A DNA stretch of 57,950 nt, filler included, from Sphacelaria rigidula (Eukaryota): the NCBI GenBank assembly GCA_964200075.2. It is 6 parts of 6 records of this genome, joined end to end, with 100 filler letters (N's around TTAATTAATTAA, not from the genome) between each part and the next. Parts side by side here need not be neighbours in the genome. Positions count along the whole stretch, not along the records: positions 48,377 to 57,950 come from CAXNAA020008176.1; 5 more parts are not named here. The stretch is one strand, 5' to 3'. Below the pieces are notes generated by a model that did no database searches, was not told the origin of the DNA, and saw only the letters and a program-made list of their open reading frames with translations. Position numbers and translations under genes: made by a program. How positions within the stretch are numbered: the stretch's first letter is position 1; each line of letters starts with the position of its first letter. Shown piece by piece: positions 55,281-57,950 of the stretch.

Positions 55281-56606
55281 CTAAGGAAGGGTTGCAGTAC
55301 AGTTCAGCAACCCTACGACACATTGCGTTGCGGTATGAAGTACAGCGATATCGTACAGACAGCACGGCAGCACTTCTCCCAAAAGACAGGCAAAGCCGCA
55401 TTGCAAGGATTTTGCAATATGCCACCCATGGCAACATGCTACCCAAGACGGTGGTGCAAGACGTAATGGCCTTGAACGGAATGACAGTGACGCCAAATGC
55501 AGCCCCGCATGTGCGCTGGTGTAGAATACGAATCGTTGCCACCGTCTTCTTCCAGCTGAGACTGGCAATAGTGAGCATGAGCAATCTGACGAGTGATGAT
55601 GGACAACGGGACAGAAGTTCTTGTCAGTGGCTTCCTTCTGACGAGATGAATCTACGCATGCAGAAAGCTGCTTGTCGATCGTCTTCAAGCGTACTACAGG
55701 CGCATGAATGGAGCCTGCACTAAAAAGCTTGGCACGCCGTTGTTTGTTAAAGTTTCGCAGTAGGCGTTTTCACTCCCGAGGACGGGCACCAATGCGGGCC
55801 AACCTTTTCACCTTTTGTTTGCCCGCGTTGTACCCGCGCGAGAGGCAATCGGGAAGGGTGCACAACAAGCGACGGGTGCCCATCATGTTAAGGGAGTACC
55901 ACATACGGAGTTTTTTTTCTCTTGTGCTATCATAAACATCAAGCATGCATGTTGGGTACCTTGGTGGCCACCAAGCAGCGGAACAACGTGGAGATCAGGA
56001 GCAGAGGGAAGAGCATGATCCCACAGAGAGATCTTTCACCGCATCGGGCGGCACACTCAGAGCGCGGTTTGCCGTGATATCTGATGGGCTCGAGAGAAGA
56101 AATTATTCAAGGGGAAGGGACCGGGTACTCGTCGGGTGTAGAGCTAACCTGGGAGGCTGGGCCAGCAGGACGGGAAAACTTGCTGCTGCCAAGGATGGTG
56201 ATGGGTGGGGAAGTGGTGCGCGCAGCGGAGGATCCCATGCGGAATGCTTGACACCATTTCAGAGGTGACCAGTGAACTAGCACAACGTGTGGACATGGCA
56301 GTGAACTCTCTCTCCCTCTCTCTCCCTCCCTCCCTCCCTCCCTCTCTCCCCTCTCGTCTACGCATCTATTGTCGACATTCACGGTACGACTCTGTTTGAA
56401 ATCCTGCACACGGCTACAATTGCGCTCGGCACCTTTCTGTGATAGGAATGACCACGGTCGCTTTGGGTGGACATCACGTTCCCCAGCCACATGACCGTGA
56501 GCCTCACTTCAGAACAGTATCGTAGTTTCGCAGACAGTCCCGCGACGATTGATTGGTCGATCGATTGATTGACAGTTGATACCCGCACGCTCACGTGAAG
56601 CCGGTC

Positions 56607-56952
56607 GCCCCGGTGGCTCAGCTGGTAACTTCGAAACCCTCTGACGGTTGGATTGTGGGTTCAATTCTCGGAGCGATCTGGGAGTTTTTCTCACACCATG
56701 CCCAACAGTGGAGAGCGACTATGTCGTGGGTACACAAAATTCGAGCTCACGGTCGACAGGGGGAAGGGGCTGCTGAACCTCTCTCGCGATGAAAAATAAA
56801 GGCGAACACCGCCGAGGGAAGGTGGGCTACTATAAACAAATACAGAAGAGAGGCTCCTGTGTTGACCTTCCTCCTGTGTGACTCCGGCTGGTGCGCCCAC
56901 ATATACCGAAAGGCGTAGACCGGCGCCCAGAATAGATGGGACGACAACACAA
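56607..56952 (+). mobile_element. tRNA-derived SINE, family B, full length
   Basis: A box tggctcagctgg (56614-56625), B box ggttcaattct (56658-56668). The 3' body ctcctgtgttgaccttcctcctgtgtga...gcgcccacatata...cccagaatagatgggacgacaacac recurs on three other contigs. Confidence 0.75.
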
Positions 56953-57950
56953 TCATTGATGCCCGAGGGATCCAGCCGTAGTCATAAGACAGGCGTAGTA
57001 CCCCAACGTGAGCAAAACGGAAACACTCGTTGACGAAAGTCAACCCTTAGCAGTGTTGTTCCTTTTCAATATTTTGGAGGCATTGTACGGAAATTTTAAT
57101 TCATCATCCGCGGCGTCAATTGGAGACGGTCCTACTCTAAGGCCTAAAATATGTCGAGACTAGAGGGGCAGACTTCCTTGGAAGAGAGATCTCCACATCA
57201 GCACGGATACCTGGCGCTACAGACCAGCTTTCGCGGGTTTGACAGCCGGATGGGCAAGGATACATATCACTACGAATGTAGAAAGCGTTTATTGCACGAT
57301 ATGTACCCGCGCAATGTAAGACCCGATGAAGTTGACACTGTGTGTTCCTAGTGCCAGTACAACGAGTACCGTAGAACTGACTGTACGATGCGAGCCGCGC
57401 CTCGACAGGGATAGAATACCCGCCATCCATTCGTGAAAAAAAAAAACTGCAACTCGCACTCTGTCCTATTCTGGAACCAAGTGAAAACTCTGCACAGGGG
57501 TGATCACGCGCTTGCCAGGGAGGGTGAATATCTCCACGTGGGAGCACACCACGGAAGAAGAGAAGATATGATTGATTCTGATAGAAGAAAACTACAGCAA
57601 CTACCCCTGTTATTTTCAGACCGTCGTGGTAACGCCCACGCCAAGTCTGGCACTGTGAGGGAGGAGACGTTGCCCCTGCCCGAGCAGGTCCCCAGTGGTC
57701 CTTGACAGAAGACACTCATCTCCTTGCCTACGTTGTGCGGCCGCGTCTTCCTCGGCACGGCGTTTACAACTCAGGGGCATTTGCCTTTAACATATGGTGA
57801 ACCTTGGCTAGTGGTTACTTCCGGCCTTGGTGCCAGCCACGACCAACAGGGGGCCGATGTAAACAACAAGGGTGGCAAGATCTACTCCTGCCCCGGCGCG
57901 GATTTCATATCCTTACCCTCTAGAACTGTCATCAGAAAGTGTTCTTGTTT

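Noticed and set aside
55292-55723. 143-aa ORF and overlapping minus-strand ORFs
   Set aside because: No recognisable motif or consistent splice model; strand and frame cannot be decided.

Overview
This window is not one locus. It is six unrelated ~9.57-kb contigs (1-9577, 9678-19253, 19354-28928, 29029-38602, 38703-48276, 48377-57950), sorted by length and joined by an artificial 100-nt spacer (44 N + TTAATTAATTAA + 44 N). The DNA is eukaryotic, intron-rich and transposon-rich; its style suggests a brown alga (inference, not proven). Contig 4 holds the last 11 exons of the RNA polymerase I largest subunit. Contig 3 holds internal exons of an unidentified, probably helical protein. Contigs 1, 2 and 6 hold decayed LINEs, an internally deleted Ty3/Gypsy element, two tRNA-derived SINE families and three MITE types (piggyBac-like, hAT-like, and a Ginger-like one with a telomere-repeat core). 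The most notable feature fills contig 5: the interior of a very large gene built from a tandem two-exon module. An invariant 114-nt basic/aromatic exon (KKPKKGFGFGGIFKK) alternates with a variable-length acidic repeat exon that ends in an Ala/Gly/Val hydrophobic segment. All introns are phase 0, and the repeat motifs resemble vertebrate AHNAK/AHNAK2. The contig's two ends are identical over 123 bp, so the true array is probably longer.
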